A DNA stretch of 64,000 nt from assembly GCA_018335295.1 (NCBI GenBank), contig JAGXKI010000001.1, positions 79,512-143,511 on the forward strand, written 5' to 3'. This document shows, one piece after another, positions 49,427 through 58,869 of the stretch. Position 1 is the stretch's first letter. Every line of letters starts with the position of its first letter. The notes beneath the pieces were generated by a model that did not search any database, was not told the origin of the DNA, and was given only the letters and a program-made list of their open reading frames with translations. Source of the stretch: a bacterium. Its GTDB lineage: Bacteria > Acidobacteriota > Aminicenantia > Aminicenantales > Aminicenantaceae. Both the position numbers and the translations under genes were made by a program.

Positions 49427-49533
49427 AAAATAGGGTCAGACCGAATATAAACTACAGAAAATACTATGGTTACAGCAGATTATTGGTTAAGTATAATGAA
49501 AGCAATAAGTTCAATTCGGTCTGACCCTATTTT
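49427..49533. repeat. MITE/REP-like element with a perfect 20-bp terminal inverted repeat (copy B)
   Basis: AAAATAGGGTCAGACCGAAT ... ATTCGGTCTGACCCTATTTT, with partial end copies on both flanks. Confidence 0.75.
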
Positions 49534-49679
49534 TGAATGTCTGACCCCATTTTTGAGTCTGATTTTTGAATTCTTGATTCCCGTTTCCACGGGCCTGAGA
49601 TTTAGTAGAAAGGAAATCTATTCTTTAATGACAGATAGGAAAAGTTGAACAAATTTCTGTTTTCCAGTATGCTGGGAAC

Positions 49680-50519
49680 ATGAATAAACAGGGGAAAATG
49701 GAGAGACTGAAAGACTATTTTGAAAAAAAGGATTCGGTCCTTTTGGCTTATGTTTTTGGGTCCCAATCCAAAGGAATATCCCGCGACTTTTCGGATTGGG
49801 ATATCGGGGTCTATTTTCAACCTTACCAATACGGGGAGTTGGAAACAAAACGATCCTATCCTGAAGAACATTCCATTTGGGCCGACCTGGAAAAACTCCT
49901 GGGGTCCAATGAGGTGGACTTTGTGGTTTTAAACCGGGCCAAACCGGATTTGGTCTTTTCTGTCCTGAATTCCGGGACTCCGTTAGTGGTGAAGGATCGA
50001 AAACTGTACATGAAACTTTTGATAAAAACCCATTATGAAGCTGTGGATTGGTGGCAGTTCACCGAAGAATTTTATGAGATATCCAAAAAAGTGGAATCCA
50101 TTTCCCAAGAGAATAAGTCCATTTTGAGAGTTCATATCAGGTTTTTGGAAAATGAATTGGAAGATATGGAGAAATTTAATAACTTAAGCCGAAGAGAATA
50201 TTTAAACAACAGGGATCAGAGAAGAAATGTGGAAAGATGGGTTGAAAACTTAGTGATGTCTTCCATAGATATATCCAAGATAATTCTGGCTTCAGAGAAA
50301 AAGGAAATTCCCCAAACCTATAGAGAAACATTATTCCGCTATACATTGAAATTTATGGATGAAGAATCAGCGAAAAAATTTTCCCGGTTTGCCGAGTTGC
50401 GGAATATATTAACCCACGAATACCTGGATATCAAATGGGAAAAAATATCCACATTTATCCAAGAAACTTCTACCCTTTTTCCACTTTTTATTAAAAAGAC
50501 AAAAGAATACTTACACTAA
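49680..50519 (+). CDS. Fused MNT-HEPN (nucleotidyltransferase + DUF86) protein
   Basis: FGS-x10-DWD and VDFV.LN in the N-half; RNILTHEY in the C-half; one reading frame. Confidence 0.85.
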   Translation: MNKQGKMERLKDYFEKKDSVLLAYVFGSQSKGISRDFSDWDIGVYFQPYQYGELETKRSYPEEHSIWADLEKLLGSNEVDFVVLNRAKPDLVFSVLNSGTPLVVKDRKLYMKLLIKTHYEAVDWWQFTEEFYEISKKVESISQENKSILRVHIRFLENELEDMEKFNNLSRREYLNNRDQRRNVERWVENLVMSSIDISKIILASEKKEIPQTYRETLFRYTLKFMDEESAKKFSRFAELRNILTHEYLDIKWEKISTFIQETSTLFPLFIKKTKEYLH

Positions 50520-50704
50520 ATTCAGGTTTTTCCGGTGATGACTTTATAACTTGATTTGTGAAGTTAAATTCAATCTTTTTTTGATTTGATAAAAAATGGG
50601 GGAGAGGGTAGTTTCTTTAAGGGGGAAAATTGGATAAAAGAGATAGCAGGAAAGAATTCATCAAAATAAGAAAGGGGGCGAAAAATAAGAAAGGTGTCTA
50701 AGAA

Positions 50705-50736
50705 AGGGATCGTATCTTACATTATGACATTTTCCC
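50705..50736 (+). repeat. Dispersed repeat shared with 57229-57259
   Basis: Identical 22-mer TCTTACATTATGACATTTTCCC at 50715 and 57238. Confidence 0.7.
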
Positions 50737-51214
50737 CTAGAGTTTGAAAAAAACCGTTCCTTTCATCTAGTTTGTTTATATCTCTTCCAGCCTTGGCCCG
50801 GAATCCAGTATTTTAAATCCTAGATTCTGGTACCTGCTTTCGCGGGCACAAGCTTTAGCAAAAATGACATTCAGGCCTACCAATTCGTTGAGGTTCGAGG
50901 ACGCCTAAGCCATCAATTCTAAAACAGACATTGATATCATCTTAGATCCTGGCTTCTTGTTTTCGAGGGGATGGGATTTTTAAAAATATAACAGCTTCTG
51001 CAGGAATTACAACTTCCAAGGGAGGAAGTTTTTAAAAAAGCTTTCATTTTGTCAATTCCCCCAAAAACCAATTTAAAATTTTAATTTTTTGTGCCTTATA
51101 AATTAAAAAAAGTTATTTAATATCTAATAATAATTAAATATATTAATAAAAAACCTTGATAAAATTAAAAAAATTAATTATTATTTTGGAAGTATGTTCA
51201 AAAAGGAGGTTAAA

Positions 51215-51583
51215 ATGGCTCAAGATTGGTCAGAACTCATTAAATTCACTCACAATGAAGATTTCGTGATAGAGAAAATCCGGCTCAAACAAAGCGATGT
51301 CACAGTGGAAGGGGAGTTTGAACTGCCGCCTCTTTCCAAATTGAGTAATGAAGACCAGATATTTATCATCGCCTTTTTGAAAACCCACGGAAACATCCGG
51401 GATATGGAGGAACTTTTTGGAATCAGCTACCCCTCGGTAAAAAACCGTCTCAATAAGATTTCTAAAAAAATGGAGTTTGTGGAAGTGAATCCGCCCGCAG
51501 AAAGAAATGAAATCCTGGATCAACTCTACAAAGGCGAAATCTCTGTAGAAGAAGCCTTGGAAAAGCTGGGAGGAGAAAGATGA
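51215..51583 (+). CDS. DUF2089 family protein
   Basis: EG.F..P.L..L...DQ.F...F....G.I..ME..FGISYP.VKNRL; GEISVEEAL; RBS AGGAGG. Confidence 0.85.
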   Translation: MAQDWSELIKFTHNEDFVIEKIRLKQSDVTVEGEFELPPLSKLSNEDQIFIIAFLKTHGNIRDMEELFGISYPSVKNRLNKISKKMEFVEVNPPAERNEILDQLYKGEISVEEALEKLGGER

Positions 51584-51669
51584 TACCCCTGATCTTCTCT
51601 CTTTCCGGGTTGTTGATTGATGTGGATTCAGAAAGGGAAGGAAAAAGGACCTATATCAAAATCGTTTAA
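51580..51669 (+). pseudogene. 29-aa ORF, probably the internally deleted middle gene of the DUF2089 operon
   Basis: MIPLIFSLSGLLIDVDSEREGKRTYIKIV; ATGA overlap and AGGAG RBS; ends at the next gene's RBS. Confidence 0.45.
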
Positions 51670-51680
51670 GGAGAAAAAAT

Positions 51681-52097
51681 ATGAGTGAAGAGAGAAAAAA
51701 GATTTTAGAAATGCTTTCTGAGGGAAAAATTTCCGTTGAAGAGGCTGAAAAACTCCTTCAGGCCCTTCTAAAAGATGAAAAAGAACCCAAAGAAGTCAAA
51801 GACCAATCGGGCAAAGAAACTCTCAAGTATCTCAGGGTTTTGGTCGAACCCAAAGAAAAAGGAGGAGACCGGGTCAATATTCGGGTTCCTCTCAGCCTCA
51901 TCCGGGCCGGGTTGAAATGGGCTTCTTTCATACCCAAGGAAGCTCAAGAAAAGGTGGATGAAGTTTTGAGTGAAAAGGGGCTGGATTTGGATTTCAAAAA
52001 CATGTCCAAGGAAGATGTGGAGGAACTCCTGAGAAATCTGAATGACTTGGAAGTCAATGTGGAAGGAAAAGAAACAGTCAAAATCTACTGTGAATAA
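51681..52097 (+). CDS. SHOCT-like (YvlB/LiaX N-terminal) domain protein
   Basis: EERKKILEML.EGKISVEEAEKLL, LRV.V, VNIRVPL. Confidence 0.8.
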   Translation: MSEERKKILEMLSEGKISVEEAEKLLQALLKDEKEPKEVKDQSGKETLKYLRVLVEPKEKGGDRVNIRVPLSLIRAGLKWASFIPKEAQEKVDEVLSEKGLDLDFKNMSKEDVEELLRNLNDLEVNVEGKETVKIYCE

Positions 52098-52335
52098 AAA
52101 ACTGCAGTCCGCAGAAACAGAGTTTCTCAAAGTGAAAACAGGGAAAGAGAAAACGAAGTAAATCATGAGAAAATGGTTTCATGTCAATTTTGTCATGGAT
52201 ATTATATAATACAGCTAATTATTAATTTTAAAGATGATAAGTCGATAAAAGACCATCGGGTTTAAAGGAGGAACAGCCGATTATAAGCCTTAAACTTTGA
52301 CATCACCCTCACCAAAAATTTAGGGAAGAGGTCCC

Positions 52336-53952
52336 ATGAAAGAAAGGAAAAAAACGATATCCCGCATTTTAGAGATTCCTTATGTGGAACCAGAAAAGAT
52401 GCGGAGAGGGAAACTGCTCAATGTGATGCTTTTGGCCGCAGCAGTAAGTGCAGTGGTCATGATCATCGTTCTCATTATCACGGCTCCGATGGGCCTTGTC
52501 GGTGGAGAAGGACAGGTTTTTTTACTTGCTCTCAGCACTGGAGTGACCCTTGTCGGTCTGGGGATCATCTACACGATCAACCGCTTTGTCTCGGGAGAAT
52601 TGGCCAGTGTCCTCTTTCTGGTGCTGCTGCTTGCCGTTGCTGCTTTTTCCGACAAGCCGGAGCAGGTGGTTAATGGACGGGGGCTTCTTGTGTTTGTCAT
52701 ACCCATTCTAGCAGCCAGCTTCCTCCTGAGACCATGGGCCAGTTTTGCTGCGGCAGCCGTTTCTTCATTGATGATTGTCGTCATGGGATTGGTCTTTTTT
52801 CAGCAATCCTTTCCGAATGTTCCTGCAATGCTTATTTTTTTTATGTTGGCTCTTGTTTCCTGGATCTCCGCCCGCAGCCTGGAGAATGCCTTGCATAACC
52901 TTCGTACCAGCAATGCGAGGGTTCAAGAGAGTGAAGAGAAGCTGAGAAGCATTTTTGAATCATCGCCAGATGCTATCACTGTCTCCGACCTCAAAGGCAA
53001 CATAATCAACTGCAATCAGGCCGCCCTTGATTTGCTGGGTTATGAAGATCGGAGAGAAGTCATCGGGGAAAACGCCAATTCACTTATTGAGGGAGAAGGA
53101 AAACAAAAAGTATTTGATAAAATTGAAGAAACTATAAGAGTTGGGGTGACCAAAAATGAGGAATACAATCTTTTTAAAAAAGACGGTAGTCGGGTTCCGG
53201 TGGAGGTTTCCGCAGGGGTCATTCGGGATGCGGAGGGAGATGTCACCGCATTTGTAGCTATAGCCAAAGATATCACCGAGCGTAAAAAGGCCGAGAAACA
53301 AATCAAAAGGGAACTTCAGGAAAAAACAGTGCTCTTGAGTGAAATCCATCATCGGGTGAAAAACAGCCTTCAAATCGTTGCCAGCTTATTGAATCTGCAG
53401 TCCCGGGAGATTGAGGATAAACGCATTCTTGATTTGTTTAACCAGAGCAGAAATCGAATTAAAATGATGGCTTCGGTCTACGAAAAGCTGTGCCGCTCCA
53501 AAACTTTTACCAGTATAGATTTTAAGGAATATTTGGAAGATGTCCTGAAGAATATATTTCTCTCATCAGGATTGAGTCACCGGGTCAATTTGAAATTGGA
53601 TGTTGAAAATGTGGAGCTGGGTTTGGATGACGCCATTCCTGTTGCTCTTATTTTGAATGAGTTGTTCACCAACTCCGTAAAACATGCGTTTCCGGGTAAC
53701 ACAAAAGGGTTGATAGAGGTTTATTTCAAACCCTTGGATGAAGAAACTCACCAGCTCATCTATAGAGATAACGGTGTGGGTTTGCCGGAAGATATTGACT
53801 TGGATAGGGCTGAGACGTTGGGCCTTCATTTGATTAAGAATCTGGCGGACCAGATTGAGGGGGAAGCCACTTTCCGACAAAATGGATGGACCACTTTCAA
53901 AATCCAGTTTAAAGGGTACGGATATGCCCAAAAAAAATATTCTCATCGTTGA
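52336..53952 (+). CDS. Membrane PAS sensor histidine kinase (HisKA_2 type)
   Basis: Multiple TMs, PAS (FESSPDAI...DITERK), EIHHRVKNSLQ, NEL.TNS.KHAF, DNGVG, LGL.L. Confidence 0.92.
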   Translation: MKERKKTISRILEIPYVEPEKMRRGKLLNVMLLAAAVSAVVMIIVLIITAPMGLVGGEGQVFLLALSTGVTLVGLGIIYTINRFVSGELASVLFLVLLLAVAAFSDKPEQVVNGRGLLVFVIPILAASFLLRPWASFAAAAVSSLMIVVMGLVFFQQSFPNVPAMLIFFMLALVSWISARSLENALHNLRTSNARVQESEEKLRSIFESSPDAITVSDLKGNIINCNQAALDLLGYEDRREVIGENANSLIEGEGKQKVFDKIEETIRVGVTKNEEYNLFKKDGSRVPVEVSAGVIRDAEGDVTAFVAIAKDITERKKAEKQIKRELQEKTVLLSEIHHRVKNSLQIVASLLNLQSREIEDKRILDLFNQSRNRIKMMASVYEKLCRSKTFTSIDFKEYLEDVLKNIFLSSGLSHRVNLKLDVENVELGLDDAIPVALILNELFTNSVKHAFPGNTKGLIEVYFKPLDEETHQLIYRDNGVGLPEDIDLDRAETLGLHLIKNLADQIEGEATFRQNGWTTFKIQFKGYGYAQKKYSHR

Positions 53953-54289
53953 GGACGAATACATCACCGCCCTGGATTTGAAGACCCAAATTCTATCCAA
54001 AGGAGATTATGATTTTGAAATCGTGGCCACAGGAGAAGAAGCTGTCCAGAAGGCATTGCATGATAAATTTGATATGGTTTTTATCGATATAAAACTCAAA
54101 GGAAATATGGACGGGATTGAAGCAGCGGAAAGAATAAAAGATAAGAAAGATACTCCTGTTGTGTATGTGACCGGCAATTTGGATTTGGTGGACACAGACC
54201 GTCTCAAAAAGACAAAACCCGAAGGAATCCTGAGAAAGCCGATTTCTGATTATGAATTAATGGAAATTGTGAATAAACTATTTACTTGA
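53924..54289 (+). CDS. Single-domain response regulator
   Basis: ILIVEDE, DIKL.G.MDGIE, YVTG, KP. Confidence 0.9.
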   Translation: MPKKNILIVEDEYITALDLKTQILSKGDYDFEIVATGEEAVQKALHDKFDMVFIDIKLKGNMDGIEAAERIKDKKDTPVVYVTGNLDLVDTDRLKKTKPEGILRKPISDYELMEIVNKLFT

Positions 54290-54365
54290 AGATTTCCATC
54301 CTTCTTAATTTTACAGGTAGCCCTCTTTATTGTTTTGAAATGAAAAATCTATTTCTCAGCAGGTG

Positions 54366-54476
54366 TTATTTTTTCCCCGTGGATTCCATATCTTCCAGGA
54401 AATTTTCAAGGTCTTCTTCATGTTCCAGTTCGTCATTTAAAATATCCAGAAAGATTTCATAAGTGGTATGATGATA
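54366..54476 (-). pseudogene. 3' remnant of a ferritin-like (Dps-like/bacterioferritin) gene
   Basis: TYEIFLDILNDELEHEEDLENFLED contains the E-x2-H di-iron helix; upstream part missing. Confidence 0.55.
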
Positions 54477-54597
54477 TCCACAAAAGTTTACGTGAACATC
54501 GGTGAATATTTTATTGAAAAAAAGAGAAAATAGGTTGAGAATGAAAGGAACGAGAGATGAAAGGTAAATCATTTCTGGATATAAAAGGAGGGCTACG

Positions 54598-57216
54598 GTG
54601 AAAAGAATCTCTAAGTTATTTTTCGGGGCTGTCTTTTTTATCCTGGGACTATCTGTTCTCTTTTCCCAGGAATACAATCCCCATCCCCATCCGGATGCCG
54701 TGGTGGTTGAAGGTGACGTGCGGTTCACGATCCTTACGCCCAGAGTGGTGAGGATGGAATGGAGTGCGGATGGAGATTTCGAGGACCATGCCTCTTTGGT
54801 CTTTGTTAACCGCCGGCTTCCTGTCCCTGAATTCCAGAGAGAAGTCCAGGACGAATGGCTGGTCGTGGAAACCAAACGACTGAGGCTCAAGTACAAACTA
54901 GGAAGTGGAAGATTCACTCAGAGAAATCTTCAGGTAGAATTTCAAATGGAGGGACGGAAAAAACTGTGGCGTCCGGGAATGGAGAATCGAGGAAACCTGA
55001 AAGGCACCATACGGACTCTGGATGGTTTTGATGGAAGGTACAATCACTGGAAAGAAGAAAAAGTGGACCTGGGAAAGGGGCTCATCTCAAAAGAAGGATG
55101 GGTGCTTATCGACGATTCCCGGCGTCCTCTTTTCGACCGTTCCCAATGGCCCTGGGTGATCCCCCGGCCGAAAAAAGACCAGCAGGACTGGTACTTTTTC
55201 GGCTATGGGTATGATTACAAAACCGCTTTGAATGATTTCACAAAGATTGCCGGTAAAATCCCCCTTCCTCCCAAATACGCATTCGGTTCCTGGTGGTCCC
55301 GTTACTGGGAGTACACGGATTGGGAGCTCCGGGAGCTTGTCCACGAGTTTGAAATCCATGATATTCCCCTGGATGTTCTGGTCGTGGATATGGACTGGCA
55401 TATCACCACCAAGCCGGAGTGGTATGAAGAAGGAGAAAAAATCAAAGACCAGGCCGGACAGTCCGCAGGTTGGACTGGATTTACCTGGAACCGGAATTAT
55501 TTTCCCCATCCTGAAGATTTTCTGGAGTGGACAGAAGACCAGGGGCTTAAAGTCTGCCTGAATCTTCATCCGGCTTCGGGAATCCAGCCCCATGAGAGAA
55601 ATTACCCTCAGATGGCCCGGGCCATGGGAATAGACCCGGAGTCTCAAAAGTATGTACCTTTCGATATCGTGGATAAAAATTATGCCCGGAATTTTCTGGA
55701 TATCATCCTTCATCCCATGGAGAAAAAGGGAGTGGACTTCTGGTGGCTGGACTGGCAGCAGTGGAGCACCACCGAGATTCCCGGAGTCAACCCCACTTTT
55801 TATTTGAACTATGTTTTCTTCAGCGATATGAAACTCCACAGCCAGAAACGCCCTCTGATTATGCACCGCTACGGTGGACTGGGAAACCACCGGTATCAGA
55901 TCGGATTTTCCGGGGATACCTACATCAACTGGCGCTCCCTGGATTTCCAACCCTATTTCACCTCCACGGCTTCCAACGTGTGTTTTGGTTTCTGGAGTCA
56001 TGATATCGGCGGTCATATGAGAGGAGAAAGCACCCCTCAGCTTTACACCCGGTGGGTCCAGTGGGGGGCTTTCAGTCCTATCTTGAGGACCCACTGCACC
56101 AAAGACCCCAGTATCGAAAGGCGGATATGGGCCTATCCCCTGAAGAATTTTCATGCCATGAGAAACGCTTTTTTGCTGAGGTATGCCCTGATGCCTTATA
56201 TTTACACGGCAGCCCGGAAAGCGCATGATACCGGGATTTCTATGTGCCGTCCCCTTTATTATTCGTATCCTCAAAAAGAAGAGGCTTACCGGTTCAAGAA
56301 CCAGTACATGTATGGAGATGACCTAATGGTGGCCCCGGTGACCCAGCCCATGGAAGAAGGCCATCTTTACGTTTCCAAAGAGATTTGGCTTCCTTCGGGA
56401 CGATGGGTGGAATGGTTTTCAGGAACCTCTCTGGAAGGAGGAAAGGTGGTCCAGAGAGCCTTCGCTATCGATGAGATCCCCGTTTATGTCAGGGAAGGGG
56501 CCATCATCCCCATGCAGCCCCAGATGAGTGGGGTGGGGGAGAAGCCGGTGAATCCGTTGATTTTGAATGTTTTCCCCGGAAACTCAGGCTCAACCCGGGT
56601 CTACGATGATGAAGGCAACAGTCAGGGTTATTTGTCGGGAGAATTCACCTTCACTCCGGTTCATTTTCAAAAAGAAAACCAGGAGATGGAACTCATTATC
56701 GAACCTATCCAGGGAAGTTATCCTGGGATGATCGAATCCAGGGCCTATAAGTTGAAGTTTCCTTTGACCCTGCCTCCAGAGAAAGTCCGGGTGAACGGGG
56801 AACCTCTTTCTTACAGGGAAGAGGAGGGCAAGCCCGGGTGGAATTATAATGGCGGCGATTTGACAGCCTGCGTTCTGACCCCTGAGGTTCCTGTCAAGGA
56901 GAAAGTGGTGGTTCATATTCAATTTCCCCAAACAGACAGAACTCTTTTATCTGGGAAAAAAGGAGCTTTCAGGGATTTGATCAAGTTTGCCAAAGTGCTG
57001 GCCAACAACAACTGGGATAAGTCCAAGTATTCCAACGACAAGGTGGTCCATGCGGCCCAGACCGGGTTGAGGATGACCTTGAGGCCCCAAACAGCCCGTT
57101 CGGAACTTCAGGAATTTGACTCGGAGTGGGAAGACCTTTTGTCCATGATCCAGAAGGCGGTCCAGGAAAATAAAGCCTTGAAGCCCGCTTTCCAACTTCT
57201 CCAAACCGCCTTTTAA
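54598..57216 (+). CDS. Glycoside hydrolase family 31, exported
   Basis: Signal peptide, WWSRYW, VVDMDWH, FWWLDWQQ, GFSGD, WSHDIGGH, FSPILRTH. Confidence 0.92.
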   Translation: MKRISKLFFGAVFFILGLSVLFSQEYNPHPHPDAVVVEGDVRFTILTPRVVRMEWSADGDFEDHASLVFVNRRLPVPEFQREVQDEWLVVETKRLRLKYKLGSGRFTQRNLQVEFQMEGRKKLWRPGMENRGNLKGTIRTLDGFDGRYNHWKEEKVDLGKGLISKEGWVLIDDSRRPLFDRSQWPWVIPRPKKDQQDWYFFGYGYDYKTALNDFTKIAGKIPLPPKYAFGSWWSRYWEYTDWELRELVHEFEIHDIPLDVLVVDMDWHITTKPEWYEEGEKIKDQAGQSAGWTGFTWNRNYFPHPEDFLEWTEDQGLKVCLNLHPASGIQPHERNYPQMARAMGIDPESQKYVPFDIVDKNYARNFLDIILHPMEKKGVDFWWLDWQQWSTTEIPGVNPTFYLNYVFFSDMKLHSQKRPLIMHRYGGLGNHRYQIGFSGDTYINWRSLDFQPYFTSTASNVCFGFWSHDIGGHMRGESTPQLYTRWVQWGAFSPILRTHCTKDPSIERRIWAYPLKNFHAMRNAFLLRYALMPYIYTAARKAHDTGISMCRPLYYSYPQKEEAYRFKNQYMYGDDLMVAPVTQPMEEGHLYVSKEIWLPSGRWVEWFSGTSLEGGKVVQRAFAIDEIPVYVREGAIIPMQPQMSGVGEKPVNPLILNVFPGNSGSTRVYDDEGNSQGYLSGEFTFTPVHFQKENQEMELIIEPIQGSYPGMIESRAYKLKFPLTLPPEKVRVNGEPLSYREEEGKPGWNYNGGDLTACVLTPEVPVKEKVVVHIQFPQTDRTLLSGKKGAFRDLIKFAKVLANNNWDKSKYSNDKVVHAAQTGLRMTLRPQTARSELQEFDSEWEDLLSMIQKAVQENKALKPAFQLLQTAF

Positions 57217-57383
57217 AAAATAAAGAATAGGGTCGTGTCTTACATTATGACATTTTCCCTTGAAATTTAGATCTATAATAGACATTTCGTTTGTAAAGTT
57301 TGTTTGGTTTGTTTAGTTCATCTCGTTTCTTTAGTTTCTTTAATTTTTCTATCTTCTAGAGATTGTCGTATTCGTCAATATAT

Positions 57384-57449
57384 GTCATTCCGGGCTCGCC
57401 CCGGAATCTAGAAGAAGAAATCCTGGATTCCCGCCTCTCTAGGAACGGC
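57384..57449 (+). repeat. GTCATTCC-type REP-like palindromic element
   Basis: GTCATTCCGGGCTCGCCCCGGAATC ... GGATTCCCGCCT; degenerate relative at ~50783-50868. Confidence 0.5.
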
Positions 57450-57588
57450 AAAAAGATCAAAATAACATGAAAGAATCAATGAAAAAATAAGATATTGACA
57501 AGAAATCGTTTTGTGATTAAATATGAATGTAAAATGTTCTGGAGGCTGATTCCCTGGTCCATTCTGGGATTGGATCCAGGAAAAGAGA

Positions 57589-57661
57589 GCGGGTATAGCT
57601 CAGTTGGTAGAGTACGAGCTTCCCAAGCTCGGGGTCGCGGGTTCAAATCCCGTTGCCCGCT
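57589..57661 (+). tRNA. tRNA-Gly (anticodon CCC); CCA not encoded
   Basis: Cloverleaf: GCGGGTA/TGCCCGC acceptor, AGTTGGTA D-loop, CGAGC-TT-CCC-AA-GCTCG, GGTTCAAATCC; TTGACA promoter at 57495. Confidence 0.97.
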
Positions 57662-57785
57662 CTTTTTTTATTTTTCCAATTATCTTTATAAATTAAGAAA
57701 TAATGATGAAATTCAAGAGATATTTTTTAGGAGTTTATTCCACAAATGGGATAAATCCTGGAATGAAACCATTTCTTTCGCCGGT

Positions 57786-58214
57786 TTATTTTTCCAGTTT
57801 GTCTAAGAAATCATCCACTTGGCGGATATATTCTTTATAATCAGAGAAGGCTATCGATAAAGTCCCATAGACTTTTCTGTCGTCTATATCCATGTATTCA
57901 TGGACGATGATATTTCTCATCCCTCCCGAACCTTTCAATTTGTTGGCCAGCTCCTGATCAATGAGTCCTACTTCGGCAGCTTTTAAAAAGGATGAGGTGT
58001 AATCTTCCGGAGGCCGTTCTCCAGATTCCAGTACCACATGAGTGTTGATATCGGAGGCCCACTCCACGATCAACTGGATCAACCTTTCTGCAGAAGTTTT
58101 TTTATAGAAATCAGAGACATATTCGTTGAATGTGGAATCAGCGATGGGCTTGAGTTTATCCAGGTACATATTGAGTCGAGAAAGCTTTCTCCTTACCAAT
58201 TCTGAATTTATCAT
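57786..58214 (-). CDS. DUF86/HepT-like HEPN toxin
   Basis: ERL.Q..VE...DI, P.DY..SF, RNIIVHEY. Confidence 0.9.
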   Translation of the reverse strand: MINSELVRRKLSRLNMYLDKLKPIADSTFNEYVSDFYKKTSAERLIQLIVEWASDINTHVVLESGERPPEDYTSSFLKAAEVGLIDQELANKLKGSGGMRNIIVHEYMDIDDRKVYGTLSIAFSDYKEYIRQVDDFLDKLEK

Positions 58215-58618
58215 GGTTGTATCTTTCCCAGGGCCTTTTTTATGTACAATTTTTCCATCTGTCTAAATTTCTTTGAATCCATGTACCGGGCCACAGCTTG
58301 AATTCGGAATCGTTGAAAGTTTCCCTTTTTTTCTTCATACAAAGCCTTCCCGTTTACAGCTACCTGGTAGGTGATGAGAGGTTCTGCTCCATTGAGGAAG
58401 ACCGGATCAAATTGGCTGCCGAATACTTCGCTGAATTCATTTATCATATTGAGTTGGGTCTTCAAATCAAACTTTTTCCGGCCTAGGATTCCAATATCTA
58501 TGTCACTCTGGTCCCTTGGATGACCCTGTGCAAAGGACCCATGCAAAATGAGCAATTGAATATGGTATTTCTGGCAGAGTCTATTTAATCTTTGTTTGTT
58601 GATTTTTAAGTTTCTCAT
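58211..58618 (-). CDS. Minimal nucleotidyltransferase (MntA-like antitoxin)
   Basis: HGS-x10-DID, D.V.LN; 4-nt overlap with the HEPN gene. Confidence 0.88.
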   Translation of the reverse strand: MRNLKINKQRLNRLCQKYHIQLLILHGSFAQGHPRDQSDIDIGILGRKKFDLKTQLNMINEFSEVFGSQFDPVFLNGAEPLITYQVAVNGKALYEEKKGNFQRFRIQAVARYMDSKKFRQMEKLYIKKALGKIQP

Positions 58619-58833
58619 TTGATTTGCTTTTTAAGATTATATCACAAATGCTTTTTTAAATAAGGTAGAATTTGGCTCTTTCCCACCAAATCCCTGCTCA
58701 AAGGCTGCTAAGTAGAGGAGTTTGGGTTAATTTTTTTCAACGTAAGTTACAGAAACGGAATCTCTATTTTGATTGAAAATTGGGGTAAGGAAAAGTTGAA
58801 AAAATGTGGACTAGAAAAATAGTAAAAAATTTA

Positions 58834-58862
58834 TTGACAGGAAAGGGGTTGAAACCTATATT
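58834..58862 (+). promoter_or_regulatory. Near-consensus sigma70 promoter
   Basis: TTGACA(58834)-17-TATATT(58857), with an A-rich upstream tract. Confidence 0.7.
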
Positions 58863-58869
58863 CCTTAAT

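Noticed and set aside
49386-49430. CGAAAAT ladder as a CRISPR array
   Set aside because: Units are 5-10 bp with no spacers, and there are no cas genes.
54477-54917. N-terminal part of the 183-aa minus-strand ORF
   Set aside because: Overlaps the GH31 start and its upstream region; only the last ~36 codons look like real ferritin-like coding sequence.
55087-56274. 395-aa minus-strand ORF
   Set aside because: Antisense shadow of the GH31 gene.
57589-57661. tRNA-Gly as an island attachment site
   Set aside because: No duplicated tRNA 3' end and no integrase seen in the window.
57495-57806. 103-aa ORF
   Set aside because: Runs through the tRNA gene; spurious.
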